This document shows, piece by piece, positions 51,430 to 62,039 of a stretch of DNA of 64,000 nt. The position numbers were made by a program, and so were the translations under genes. This DNA comes from Takakia lepidozioides (Eukaryota > Plantae > Bryophyta). The stretch lies in NCBI GenBank assembly GCA_030704615.1, contig CM060734.1, positions 27,590,001-27,654,000 of the forward strand. Direction: 5' to 3'. Numbering within the stretch: the stretch's first letter is position 1; every line of letters starts with the position of its first letter. The notes under the pieces are model-generated. The model did not search any database, was not told the origin of the DNA, and saw only the letters and a list, made by a program, of their open reading frames with translations.

Positions 51430-52400
51430 CCGGATGAAGGCATATGCCTTCTGGACTTATTTGGCGGGATCAGCACTGGATTGGCTGCAGTGCTGCAGGC
51501 AGGTGTACGGTACGACGTTACCTGTATGTGGAGAGGGATGAGACTGCACGACGCGTCTCACTGCGCCATGTTGCTCAGATGGTGCAGCAGCACCCTGAGT
51601 TGTTGCCGGTGTCTGCAGTTCGTGGATATCAGCAGGCCTTGCCAGCAGACATTGCGTTGCTGGGGGCGCAGGATTTGGAGCGGGTTGGCTCCATTGATCT
51701 GGTAGTGGCAGGTTGGCCCTGCCAAGGGCATTCATCAGCCGGGCATGGCAATGGATTGCGAGACTCGAGGACGGGTCTGTTTTGGAGATGGTGCGGATTT
51801 TGCGCCACTTGCAGCTTCATCAGCTGTATCTCCGGCATACATCTTGGAGAATGTGCCACTGATGGGTGATTCTCGGGCCAGGGTGATGGCCAGTGTGCAT
51901 CAAGTCCGGTCGTGGCTTGGGTCAGCAGTATTGCTGGATGCAGCTGCAGTGGGGTCACGGGCTCATCGTCCACGACTATGGTGGACTAACTTGATGCCAC
52001 CCGCACTGCTCAAGCGTGCATTTGATGGGGTGCAGCGGCTAGCACACCTCACCGTGGATGGCATTTTGGACACAGGAAGGCAGTCTCAACGTGTGAGACA
52101 CGATGACCGTTCGCCTTTGGCAGTGGTCAACAGGGTGGGTCAACCACGAGCAGCATTACCTACACTGCTCAGCTTCCCAGGATCCCATGCTTTTCGGGAT
52201 GGTGGACCTGGCCTCCTGTGGGATGCTCAGTTGCAGCAGTTAGTGGAGCCTAATGCCGACGAGCGAGAGCGGGCTATGGGGTTTTCCACTGGGACCACGG
52301 CGGTGCCTTCCCTTTCTGAGGCATCACGTCGTCAGGTGTTGGGGCAAGCAATGGATCTCAATTGCTTGACCTGGATTGTCAGCTTGGCTATGGCTGAGCA
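51430..52400 (+). CDS. DNMT3-like C5-cytosine DNA methyltransferase domain inside the retrotransposon polyprotein, split over three frames
   Basis: Motif I LLDLFGGI, II YVE, III ADI, IV AGWPCQGHS, VI ILENV, VIII AHRPRLWWTN, IX ERERAMGF, X RRQVLGQAM, all in order. Confidence 0.92.
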
Positions 52401-52845
52401 ACGTAGAGTGCGGAGTGCACTTCCCTTGATGGTCTCTCTGCCTACCGAGACGGTACAGGCAGCGAGTGGGGGCGAGCCGGTGAGGACCACGAGGTGTAGA
52501 CATCCATGGCACATGTGGGAGGTGCTCGAGGTTCAGAGGGAGTTGGCAGCGAAGGCAGCTGTGATGTATGAGGTTGGGGATTCTTCTCGGGATGAGGAGG
52601 TTCTCAATGATGAGATGATGGGGCAGGATGAGGCCTTGTCATTGATTGAGCAGGAAGGGGGTACTGCTCAAGAGGTTGCAGCATAGCAACCACGGGACGC
52701 GTCCTCTACCTCTAAGCCCACTGGACTTAAGGTTGCAGTTACGGAGGACAATTGGGAGCCTGATATTGGACCCATTGTCACCGGAGGAGAGAGACGACGT
52801 ATACGGCGGTTCCTGAGGGCTTACAGGAATTGCTTTGCCTTCAGT

Positions 52846-55820
52846 TTGAAGGACTTGGGAGCACTGAAGGGTCAAGAGATCCGTATTGAGTTGGCCACTG
52901 ACACGCCAATCTTTCGGAGACCCTATAGATACAGTGACATGGAGAGGTCTTTGATTCAGATGAGGACTCAAGATCTCTGGGAGGCAGGTTTGGTGGAGCT
53001 CTCTGGTGGAGAGTATGCTTCAGCCACAGTGATGCCAGCTAAGAAGGATGTCTATGGCAATTGGACGGAGAGACGTATGTGCGGTGATTACCGGCCTGTA
53101 AATCGTCAGACCAAGTCCGATAGGTATGCCATGCCAACACCAGAGGAGATCTTTGATGCCATTGGGCATTCCAAGGTCTTTAGCACGTTGGATTTACGAT
53201 CCGGATATCACCAGTTGCCGATCAAGGAGGCGGATAAGCAAAAGACGGCATTCTGGGGGATCAATGAGCACGGGAAGGATTGCCTATACCAGTGGCGGTT
53301 CTTACCATTTGGGCTTAAAAACGCTCCCGCTGAGTTTCAAAGAGTCATGGACAGGATTCTAGCAGGGGTGGAGTTTGCTCGGTGCTACATAGATGACATC
53401 ATCATCTTTAGTGCTACGGTGGAGGAGCATGAGAGACACCTTCAGGGGGTATTTGAGCGCTTGAGGACGCACGGATTGAAGTTACATCCGGGCAAGTGCA
53501 AGTTTTTCCACAACCAGATTGAGTATCTGGGTCACATGATATATCCTGGAGGATTGGGGGTACAGCAGACTAAGGTAGAGTCCATTGCACAGGTTCCACG
53601 CCCCACGGATGTGAGCCGAGTTCGAGCTTTCATGGGTTAGCAAACTATTACAGACGGTTTGTTAAGGGATTTAGTGCCATTGCAAAGGCTCTAACCAAGC
53701 TGACCAAGGTGGACCAGGAGTGGCAGTGGGAAGATGAGCAAGAACAAGCTTTTCAAGAGCTCAAGGCGAGGTTGACCTCGGCGCCCATCTTGAGACGACC
53801 TATCAGGGGGCGTCCTTTTCAGCTGCATACAGATTGGAGCATGCTGGGGCTTGGAGCGGTGCTCACACAGGTGGATGATGAGGGAAGAGAGTTCGTAGTG
53901 GCTTATGCTAGCCGCTCGAACAATGCTGCAGAGTCTAAGTATAGCTCATATGAGGGAGAATGCTTAGCTGCAGTGTGGGCCGTGGCACACTTCAGGTGCT
54001 ATTTATACGGCAATCTCTTCACCCTTGTCACGGATCACCAACCACTCAAGTGGTTGATGGAGTCAGACAAGCTTACGGGGAAGCTTGCACGGTGGGCACT
54101 CATCCTTCAAGAGTATGACTTTCAGGTGGTGCATCGACCGGGTTTGGTCAATCGAAATGCAGATGGGTTGAGTCGCAATCCATGCACGAGCCAGCAGGAT
54201 GACACTGGAGCTCGGTGGCATGGTGAGACGGACGAGGAGATGGTGCCCGGATGGCATGCATCTGCATTTCTGTGTATCTTGGCAGCGGAAGGCCAGGTTG
54301 GACCTACAACAGGGATGACTGTAGATCAAGTGTCTGAGGACCCTGAGGCCAGCAATGAGCAGGGTGGCGCCAAAGATATACATGAGGATTCAGTTGTGTT
54401 GGACTACCTCCGCAGTGGAGACACGGCAGCCACTATGACTGCCAAGGAGAGGGATCGGATCCTACAACGAGCCAAGAGGTTCAGGTGGGAGGGGACACAC
54501 CTGCTCCGAGTGTGGGAGGATGGTCGAGTGAGGATTGTGCCTCACCCAACACAGCGGGCACGGTTAGTGCGGCATGCCCATGAGGAGTTGGGGCATTTTG
54601 GGGTGCGACGCACTCATAGTCTACTGCAGGGGCAGTATTGGTGGCGTGGTATGCACACAGAGGTACAACACTTTGTGGCTAGGTGCATGGTGTGTGACAG
54701 GGTGCGTGCTTCATTCAACGCCCCTACTCCACAATTGCACCCTCTTCCGATCATGGGATTGGGCTACAGGTGGAGTCTTGACTTCGCAGGGCCGTTGCCA
54801 CTGACCATGCGCCACAACAAGTACGTGTTGGTGATGGTGGAGCACTTCTCCAAGTGGATTGAATTGGTTCCATTGCCTGATAAGGCTAGTGAGGGAGCTG
54901 CGTATGCATTCCTGGATTGTGTGCTTAGCCGATTCGGTGCTCCAGCTGAGGTACTCACGGACCAAGGGAGAGAGTTCTTGGGGGAGTTTCAGGCTTTGTG
55001 TGACAAAGCCTTGATAGACCACCGCACCACTTCTCGGGATCATCCTGAAGCCGATGGCTTGGCAGAGAGAGTTGTTCAGACAGTAAAGAGGGGTTTGCGC
55101 AAGTATGGCTTGCAGAAGGGACACCTAGGAGATTGGGACCTTCAGTTACCCTGGTTAGCCATGGGCTACAGGTTCAACAAGCAAGCATCACTTGCCTCTT
55201 TCTCACCATACTTTCTTCTCTTTGGCCGAGAGCCGGATTTGCCTACATCCATTCGCAGAGAAGCTGCTACAGTTCTTAACCTTGACGATCCGGACGTGTG
55301 GGCACGTGCATGTGAGCAGCGTGCAGAGTTGTTCAAGAGAGTCATGCCCATGGCTTTCGAGAACCTTGCCATTGCACAACACCGTGATACGTTGAGGTAT
55401 GCTACCATACGTGGTGGGGGCTATCGTCCTGGGGTTCGGAGATTCAACCCTGGTGACTATGTCTATCTGCAGCAGACTGCTCCTACGACCCTGGATGTGA
55501 CTGCAGGACGTGTTATTTTGAGGGTTCGAGAGGTCTTGCCCTCAGGCGTCTTGGTCTTGGAGGGTCGGGATGGCATCACTTGGAAGGACCATGTGCGTAA
55601 TTGTGCGCCATGTCACCTTCCGAATGTCGATGGCAGGATTGACCCAAACCTGGCAGTGGTATCTGCAGGTTTGAGGTGCATGTTGTGTGGGTCTGCTAAA
55701 GGGGCAGCCACCATGCTGGTATGTGATCGGTGCTCTAGAGGTTGGCATATGGGATGCTTGACTCCACCTCTTGAGATGGTTCCGGATGGGGATTGGTTAT
55801 GTCCACATTGCATTGGATAG
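52846..55820 (+). CDS. pol: RT, RNase H, integrase and C-terminal PHD finger of element C
   Basis: RT: LDLRSGYHQ, LPFGLKNAP, YIDD. RH: HTDWS, EGECLA, TDHQPL, ADGLSR. IN: HEELGH..CMVC, SLDF, LTDQG, LAER. PHD at 55677-55812. Confidence 0.95.
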
Positions 55821-56069
55821 TGGGAGTGGATACAACCATGGGAGGTTAACAAGAAACGCAAGACCCAGCTACTAGGAGACCTTGAACACACGAGATCTTG
55901 GCTCAAGTTCATAGATTGCAAGACGGCGACTAACGATGGGGCTACTCTTGTACCCGGCCTCTTGGTCTATAGAGTTTGAGTACAATAGGGACAGTGATAG
56001 AGGACTTAGTACGGCTGTGGCTATTACATCTTGTAGCTATCTGGAGGTAGAGGGACCTATCCACCAGCT

Positions 56070-56080
56070 AGGGGGGCGAT
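56070..56080 (+). promoter_or_regulatory. Short polypurine tract of element C
   Basis: AGGGGGGCGAT immediately before the TG at 56081. Confidence 0.65.
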
Positions 56081-56602
56081 TGTGGCAGACTACTTTATTG
56101 TGCATATATGTGTAGGTGTGGTTTGGACAGCGATGTAGTTGTGTAGCGATATGTATGCGCACGACAGCTGTCAAGTTAAATAAGCACAGTGTGAAAACAG
56201 CTAGAATAAAACTAGTTATTTGTATTTAACACTTGGATTTAGGTCAAGTGTTAAATCAGGTGTCAAGTTTAGTTTGACACCTGGTCCGTCTTATCTTCAC
56301 GAGAGAGGCAGTCGCGCGGCTCATCTTTCTCGAGTTGAGCCTGCGCGACCGAGCTCCTGCATCGTTTAGGATTGAGAGTGCTTATGATGGGAGTGTAGGT
56401 TGTTGTGGGGTGGAGTCCCCATAGCTTGGGGTGCCCCTGGCTCGACTACTATTTCAAAGAGTGATGGTTTTGGTTTTCATGCTTTGCATCGTGTGTGTCC
56501 TTAGCTTTCTTATCATTGTGGCAGACTACTTTATTGTGCATATATGTGTAGGTGTGGTTTGGACAGCGATGTAGTTGTGTAGCGATATGTATGCGCACGA
56601 CA
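56081..56602 (+). repeat. Right terminus of element C: B1 (56081-56166), GC, A2 (56169-56515), T, B2 (56517-56602)
   Basis: B1 and B2 are identical 86-bp copies. A2 matches A1 at 44723-45068. Confidence 0.92.
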
Positions 56603-57610
56603 CGGGTGCTGGTACTGCAGCCAGCTTTTTCATCATCAATTCCATCTTCTCCATATACTCTTCAACAGTTTCATGCTTCTTCTGCTTCAGAAACTGGAGT
56701 TCCTGCTTTTGGTGTTCCATGCCAACTCTTATCAAAGATTTCTGTCAAGTCTTTTATCCAAGGATGTACCTCAGATCTTTCTCCTCGTGATTGATCTTCT
56801 TCCTGTACCAATTCCCTTAATCTTTCTTGCAAAGAAACAGAAGGAGTGGCATCCAACTCTAGTTCTTCCGGTATAGGTGATGCACTTTTTGATCTTGATG
56901 GTGTGAGAGGTCCAGATGATTCCCCTATGTCTATTCCTCTCTCCCAAAGATATGGATAATTAGCTTTCAGATAGCTTTCTCTTTTTGATGAATATCTTTG
57001 TCGTCTAGCTTCTCTTTCATCACTCATGTCCCATGTCTTTCATTTCTTTTAATGTGGCAATAACCAAAACTCTCTTCTGTAATATCTCTCGTATATGCCT
57101 GGGTTTCTTTCAAGCTTCAATGCACCCTTGGCTATACTTGAAATCTCCGTTACCATATAACCATATAGCAAACAAGTCTAAAAAGCTGTTCTTGGTGTGA
57201 GTTTGATCCACAAAATATCCTTTGGAATCCAATTCTTTACCAGTACAAGCTCTTCATGCATATGAGTATAAACATTCACCTTTCTTTCTTCCCAGCCTTC
57301 AAACTCTACTCGTTTAATGGATAGCAACGCTATCACATAAACTAATGTTGGTAACCAACGTGCTCTTCCTCTACAGGCTACCTGATAAATCTTTATCACT
57401 CCTTTCTCCAGACCCCATTCTGGATCAGCATCATGCACTCGTTTAAGAATATTTTCTTTACATCCGTCTGGCAATTCCAAGAACCTTTGAAAGAATTGTT
57501 TGGACAATCTTTCTTCCTTCGTTCCACAGGGAATTTGATTCACTTCAAATTCTTTAATGGTCCAACCACCATGATCCCACCAGATGCCTGTCACATCTGG
57601 TTGTTCATGT
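56603..57610 (-). CDS. gag: N-terminal gag region of element B, frameshifted and interrupted by C
   Basis: ORF pieces 57178-57610, 56671-57027 and 56603-56735. QFLKQKKHETVEEYMEKM is a gag-like motif. Confidence 0.7.
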
Positions 57611-57616
57611 CCCAGG

Positions 57617-57634
57617 CTCCCAGTACGGTCGCCA
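57617..57634 (-). promoter_or_regulatory. Primer-binding site of element B, tRNA-Arg-like
   Basis: TGGCGACCGTACTGGGAG lies 2 nt after the 5' LTR. It is complementary to a tRNA end ...CTCCCAGTACGGTCG-CCA, similar to plant tRNA-Arg(UCG) as recalled. Confidence 0.75.
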
Positions 57635-57636
57635 AA

Positions 57637-58643
57637 TGTCGCGCGGCTTTTACTCACCCATCCCTTCGCTATCCGAGGCGGAAACTCCAAGATAGAAGAG
57701 TTGGAAATCTCTAAGTACTCAGCCCGCGCAGAACAATCAGTCATGACCTACAGCTAGTGTATCATGGGGGTGTTTCCTATTTGTTTCCCTTTCCGCATTC
57801 ATCTTAGCTACCTTACCATTGATAATTAAGTATCAGTTTGCTTCATCAATCTATCGGTTTCCTTCACTCATCCATTCAATCCACAGCTTCTCTCAGATCT
57901 CTCTACACAGTGTGATTGTATCTTATAAGTATCAGATTATGATTTATCAGGTATCAGGCCGAAGCCATTATGTCTCTAATCTGCTCTCCAATATCACTAC
58001 AGCTTTGCATATAACAAGCATCTACTAATCCTCTTTCCTCCTTCATCGTGCTCTCCATCTCTTGCCTCCGATCTCCGCTCCTGCCTGACTCCGAAGTCCC
58101 CCTCCGAATAATGATCCCCCTTCATTCCCCATTTCTCCCTTTATCCTCCTATCCGCGGTTCTAACCGTTTCCCTCTCTAACCGTCGTTTGTGAACTAACA
58201 TGTTCCCTTCACAGGTGTTGTTCCCCACAGTCGTTCCCTATTATCGTGACAGCTGTGTCAAGCGGTGACTGGCTGTGTCTGGCTGTGTCGGGCTGTGACT
58301 GGCTGTGTGGCTGTGCCGGGCTGTGACTGGCTGTGTGGGCTGTGTCTGTTGTGACGACTGTGACGGGCTGTGTGGGCTGTGACGACTGTGACGGGCTGTG
58401 TTGGCTGTGTGGCCTGTGACGACTGTGACGGGCTGTGTGGGCTGTGACGACTGTGACGGGCTGTGTTGGCTGTGTGGCCTGTGACTGCTGTGACGACTGT
58501 GACGGGCTGTGTGGGCTATATAACCCCCCTCTATAGTGCGCTGCTGTCACCCCTAAGGCTCCTGTTGGTCTCAGTCTGTGCAAAAATTAAGGGTACCCTA
58601 CAGATCCCGTATAAGTGTCTAAGTCCCCTACAGTCCTCTAACA
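57637..58643 (-). repeat. 5' LTR of element B (1007 bp)
   Basis: Near-identical to 34352-35322 except for a few SNPs and 36 bp more minisatellite. Confidence 0.93.
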
Positions 58644-59429
58644 GTCTTGTTTAAAAAAAAAAAAAAAAAAAAAACCAGGACAAACACCACCCTTGGTACA
58701 TACCATCAGCAGAAACACTTGAGCCTTTAAAAACGAGTGCCAGGTGTTGCAATTCCAAAAGCCCAACCTGATAATTTAGTCTATGTTCCATGAATGCATA
58801 AAGGTCTGGATCTGGATTTCCATCATCTCTCCAAAACTCAATCAGAGCAGGAGTGCTACATTGAGCATAATCAGAACTTTATGGACAACACCAGCTCAGA
58901 GGGTATTCCAAAAAGCCCAGTTTGAATTATGTATTTTGAAAAAGCCAGACCAGCCCACTGCTTGGTATTTTTCCAAGTCAAAACAGTGTGCAAAGGTCTT
59001 GCTTTCAAATCACTGGGTATGTCCAAAAGTACTACTTGGTACTTTTCAAACTTATAATAGCGTAACCAGGCCTGTTTTAAACTCAATGGTTAATTCCAAA
59101 GATACTACCTAAAGCAGCCATTATGTAATCCATCAAGCCAAAACAGCTTAGACAGTTTTGTTTTAAACTCAGAGAGTAGTTCCAAAAACCTGCTTCGTAA
59201 CTCAGACCAGACGGTGGTAATTTGGCAAAGCCCTTCAATACATCTGCTTGGTATTCTTCGAGCTAAAACAATATGAATATATCTGCCTTAAACAAGTTAA
59301 AACAGTAAAACCAGATCTGTTTCAGACTCAAAGGGTGGTTCCAAAGGCATAGCTTGGCAACCTTAAAACAGATGTTATGTAATCTGAAAAGCCCGTCATG
59401 CCAGGTGCTTGGCCTGTTTTAAACTCAAC
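58644..59429 (-). repeat. Inverted copy of the 3.39-kb unit, right part
   Basis: Resumes exactly after the TSD (poly-A, CCAGGACAAAC...). Ends at the equivalent of unit-1 position ~5640. Has a 9-bp deletion near 59107. Confidence 0.93.
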
Positions 59430-59761
59430 TCCCTGCTCAAGAATGCCATGGCGGATGTGAATTATTTATGATGCAAGAGAGGCCAATTTACAATTGCTCT
59501 ACATGAACATCACTAATCGTTTCGGTCATTAATGCCATCCATTGATTGTACTTCACCCAAGCCTGAGGTGGTCAAGAATTTTCAAACCCCAGAAAAACAT
59601 CCAGGAAGGACCCATAGGGATTAGGCATCCACTCAGTTACGTTCTCAGTCATCGCAAGGGGAACAGAAAGGAGAAGTTGAAGACCAGCATCAGATGGATG
59701 TTGCTAAAATGTAAAGCTCTCATGATTGCATTTCAGATGACTTTCTTTGGATAAAGTCAAA

Positions 59762-60410
59762 TTTCACTTAGGGAATCCATTGATCCGGAGTGTTGAAAAC
59801 TTGGAGTGAGGCCGCTTCTCTTGTCTTTCTTGCATCTCTAACATGGGATACTCCAATGATAGTTTGGAACTGTTTGCAGTTGTAAGCATTGTTCAACCAG
59901 CAAAGTGCAATGTAACAAACAACCTCTACATATGGAAATGTGCGTAATTTATGGCCCTTGGCTCGCTCGTGTCTATCCATAGTGATTTATTTGTCCAAGG
60001 ACGACTTGTTCTTCCGTTGCAACAAACTCGTTCACAAAATGCTCTTCTTTCCACCGGTTATTTCACAAAATGTTCTTCTTTCGCTCCAATCCATTTTTCA
60101 CTTAGGGAATCCATTGATCCGGAGTGTTGAAAACTTGGAGTGAGCCCGCTTCTCTTGTCTTTCTTGCATCTCTAACATGGGATACTCTAATGATAGTTTG
60201 GAATTGTTCGCAGTTGTGCGCATTGTTCAAGTTTCAACCAACATTGTTATCTCCCTTTGACGGTCCATGTTCAAAATGCAATGCAACCAAGCAACCTCTA
60301 CATATTGAAATGTGCGTAACTTATGGCCCTTGGCTCGCTCGTGTCTATCCATAGTGATTTATTTGTCCAGGGACGACCTATTTTTCCGCTGCAACAAACT
60401 CATTCACAAA
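59762..60410 (-). mobile_element. Diverged ~335-bp direct duplication, possibly a degenerate Helitron RepHel N-terminal remnant
   Basis: 59762-60040 matches 60096-60410. The minus strand gives GP..HISICRGC and CxRCKKDKR..TP.FS..NGF-like pieces. Confidence 0.3.
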
Positions 60411-60972
60411 AGATGACTCCCTCGCAAACAGTCTATGGGGACATTCTCATAAGCTATCATGAGTCCTATGGACATAGAGTCTCCACAACAAAGATCTCCA
60501 TTTACGATGGTGCATATATCAGAGGACATGACACCATTTTCCACTACACCAAAGGGGAGCGGGCTGCATCCATTGTCTTCACTTACCGACACCTTGTCAG
60601 TCATGAGCTTGTTGAGAGGCCAATCGAGGTTCCAACTTCTTAGTGAGAACAGTGCAACACGGTAGCAAATTTCCAACTTAGCCGAGCATGGATTGCATGC
60701 ATACTTTTGGCTACCTCGGCTTGTGAGGGCATGCATACATGTCACAGTTCATTATTAATATTTTTTTTCCTTTGAACCAAAGTTCCACTTTTTGTGCAAT
60801 GTTGCATTTTGTTGAATGTTGACTTTTGCCTGAGAGGCTCCAGCACTCAAGCTTGTAATCAGACCCTCTGGAATGCCACCTCTTTCAATTCCATCGTAGG
60901 GCCCACCCCCGAAAGGGGACAGTAGCCGCAAGGCGAAGTGGCTCTCAGTTACGCCGGCCTTGGCCGGAGTCT

Positions 60973-60996
60973 TCTCTCTCTCTCTCTCTCTCTCTC
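60973..60996. repeat. (TC)12 microsatellite
   Basis: Direct observation. Confidence 0.9.
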
Positions 60997-61367
60997 AATT
61001 CCCTCTGTCCATGGGGAAGGTGCTTGCATGCTTGCCCCCCCACGCTTCTCGTCAGACGCCGCAATTATTGGTTTGCGCAGGGCACCTGCACAGGTCTGCA
61101 GCCTTCTGACTGCATACCGTTGGCAGTTATTGCGCAAAGGCCAGGGGCCTCATTTCGGAGACAAGGTTCATGAAAACTCTGACAGTGGATTTTTGGGAGT
61201 GTGGGCTTGCCGAATTTGTCAATAGGCTTCGTCGCTCCTCCACATCGGCCCTGCATTGCTTTGCCTCGCTGCATCCCCGCTTCTCCCAGGGCAGTTGCCC
61301 GAACGTCGTGCTCACAATCCACATCTCCCATGGCTGAAAACTCGAGCGCTATAGTGTACTGCCCTCC

Positions 61368-61590
61368 TCTATACACAATTACAATCGGAGTGGAGCCGAC
61401 CTGCAATTGTATGGACTTTTCGTTGATAGAAGCAAAGAAGGGGACAAAGGATTATCCGTGCAAGCATCTGTATTACATTTACCTGAAGAGGCTGAGGATG
61501 AACTTGAGTATTGATGACTTTGTTCATGCACCAGCGTTGAGCGTGAACGAGCTGCACAAACTCCTCAGCAGGGATTCCAGAAATCATTGA
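61368..61590 (+). pseudogene. SWIM zinc-finger fragment, probably from a DNA transposon
   Basis: YTITIGVEPTCNCMDF...YPCKHLYYI fits CxC-xn-CxH. Confidence 0.65.
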
Positions 61591-62039
61591 TGGGGCAAAG
61601 GGAATCCACCATATGGATAATTTCAACTGCATTTTTATGCATTAGACTTTGTTTTACAGTGTAATGAAATCCACCCCAAAACTCCTGGAATGAGACCTGC
61701 AATATTAAAGTAATCTCTTTCAAACACATTATGGACTTTTGGATATCCATTGACGTCCAGTGGCAGTTCAATGTCGAAACAGAATCCATAATAAGATGGC
61801 GGCTAAACACATTACCCTCCTTGGGTGTATCTCTCTTCTGTGTGTTTAATACATGGTCAAGTGGCAACTAATGAGGTCTTGATATTATCCTTAAGCTCAA
61901 AACGTATTTATCAGCATCTGCTTAGTCATGTATCCTGTCGATTCAGGGCGGCGCCCCCTCAACTGCTGATCTGCATTGCATCAACGCCCTGCATGTCACC
62001 ATCTCCTCGACCTTCATCCAGCCTCACGGTTCATTCATC

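Larger units (their letters stand above)
44723..56602 (+). mobile_element. Ty3/Gypsy retrotransposon C carrying a C5 DNA methyltransferase and a PHD finger, nested in the gag of B
   Basis: Duplicated CGGGT at 44716-44720 and 56603-56607. Removing C restores the B gag frame AVPAP-GLQKTWF. Termini are TGTC...GACA. gag-PR-MTase-RT-RH-IN-PHD motifs are present. Confidence 0.93.
34352..58643 (-). mobile_element. Full-length Ty3/Gypsy LTR retrotransposon B (non-chromovirus type, with extra 3' ORF), interrupted by element C
   Basis: Two LTRs, 5-bp TSD GTCTT (34347-34351 and 58644-58648), PBS, PPT, and gag-PR-RT-RH-IN order. Confidence 0.95.

Noticed and set aside
51430-52400. Bacterial restriction-modification gene or contamination
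   Set aside because: Continuous with gag-pol inside a TSD-bounded element. Motifs are DNMT3-like and no nuclease partner is present.
44723-56602. DIRS/Ngaro tyrosine-recombinase element
   Set aside because: It has an HHCC-DDE integrase, an aspartic protease and a target duplication. No tyrosine-recombinase motifs were seen.
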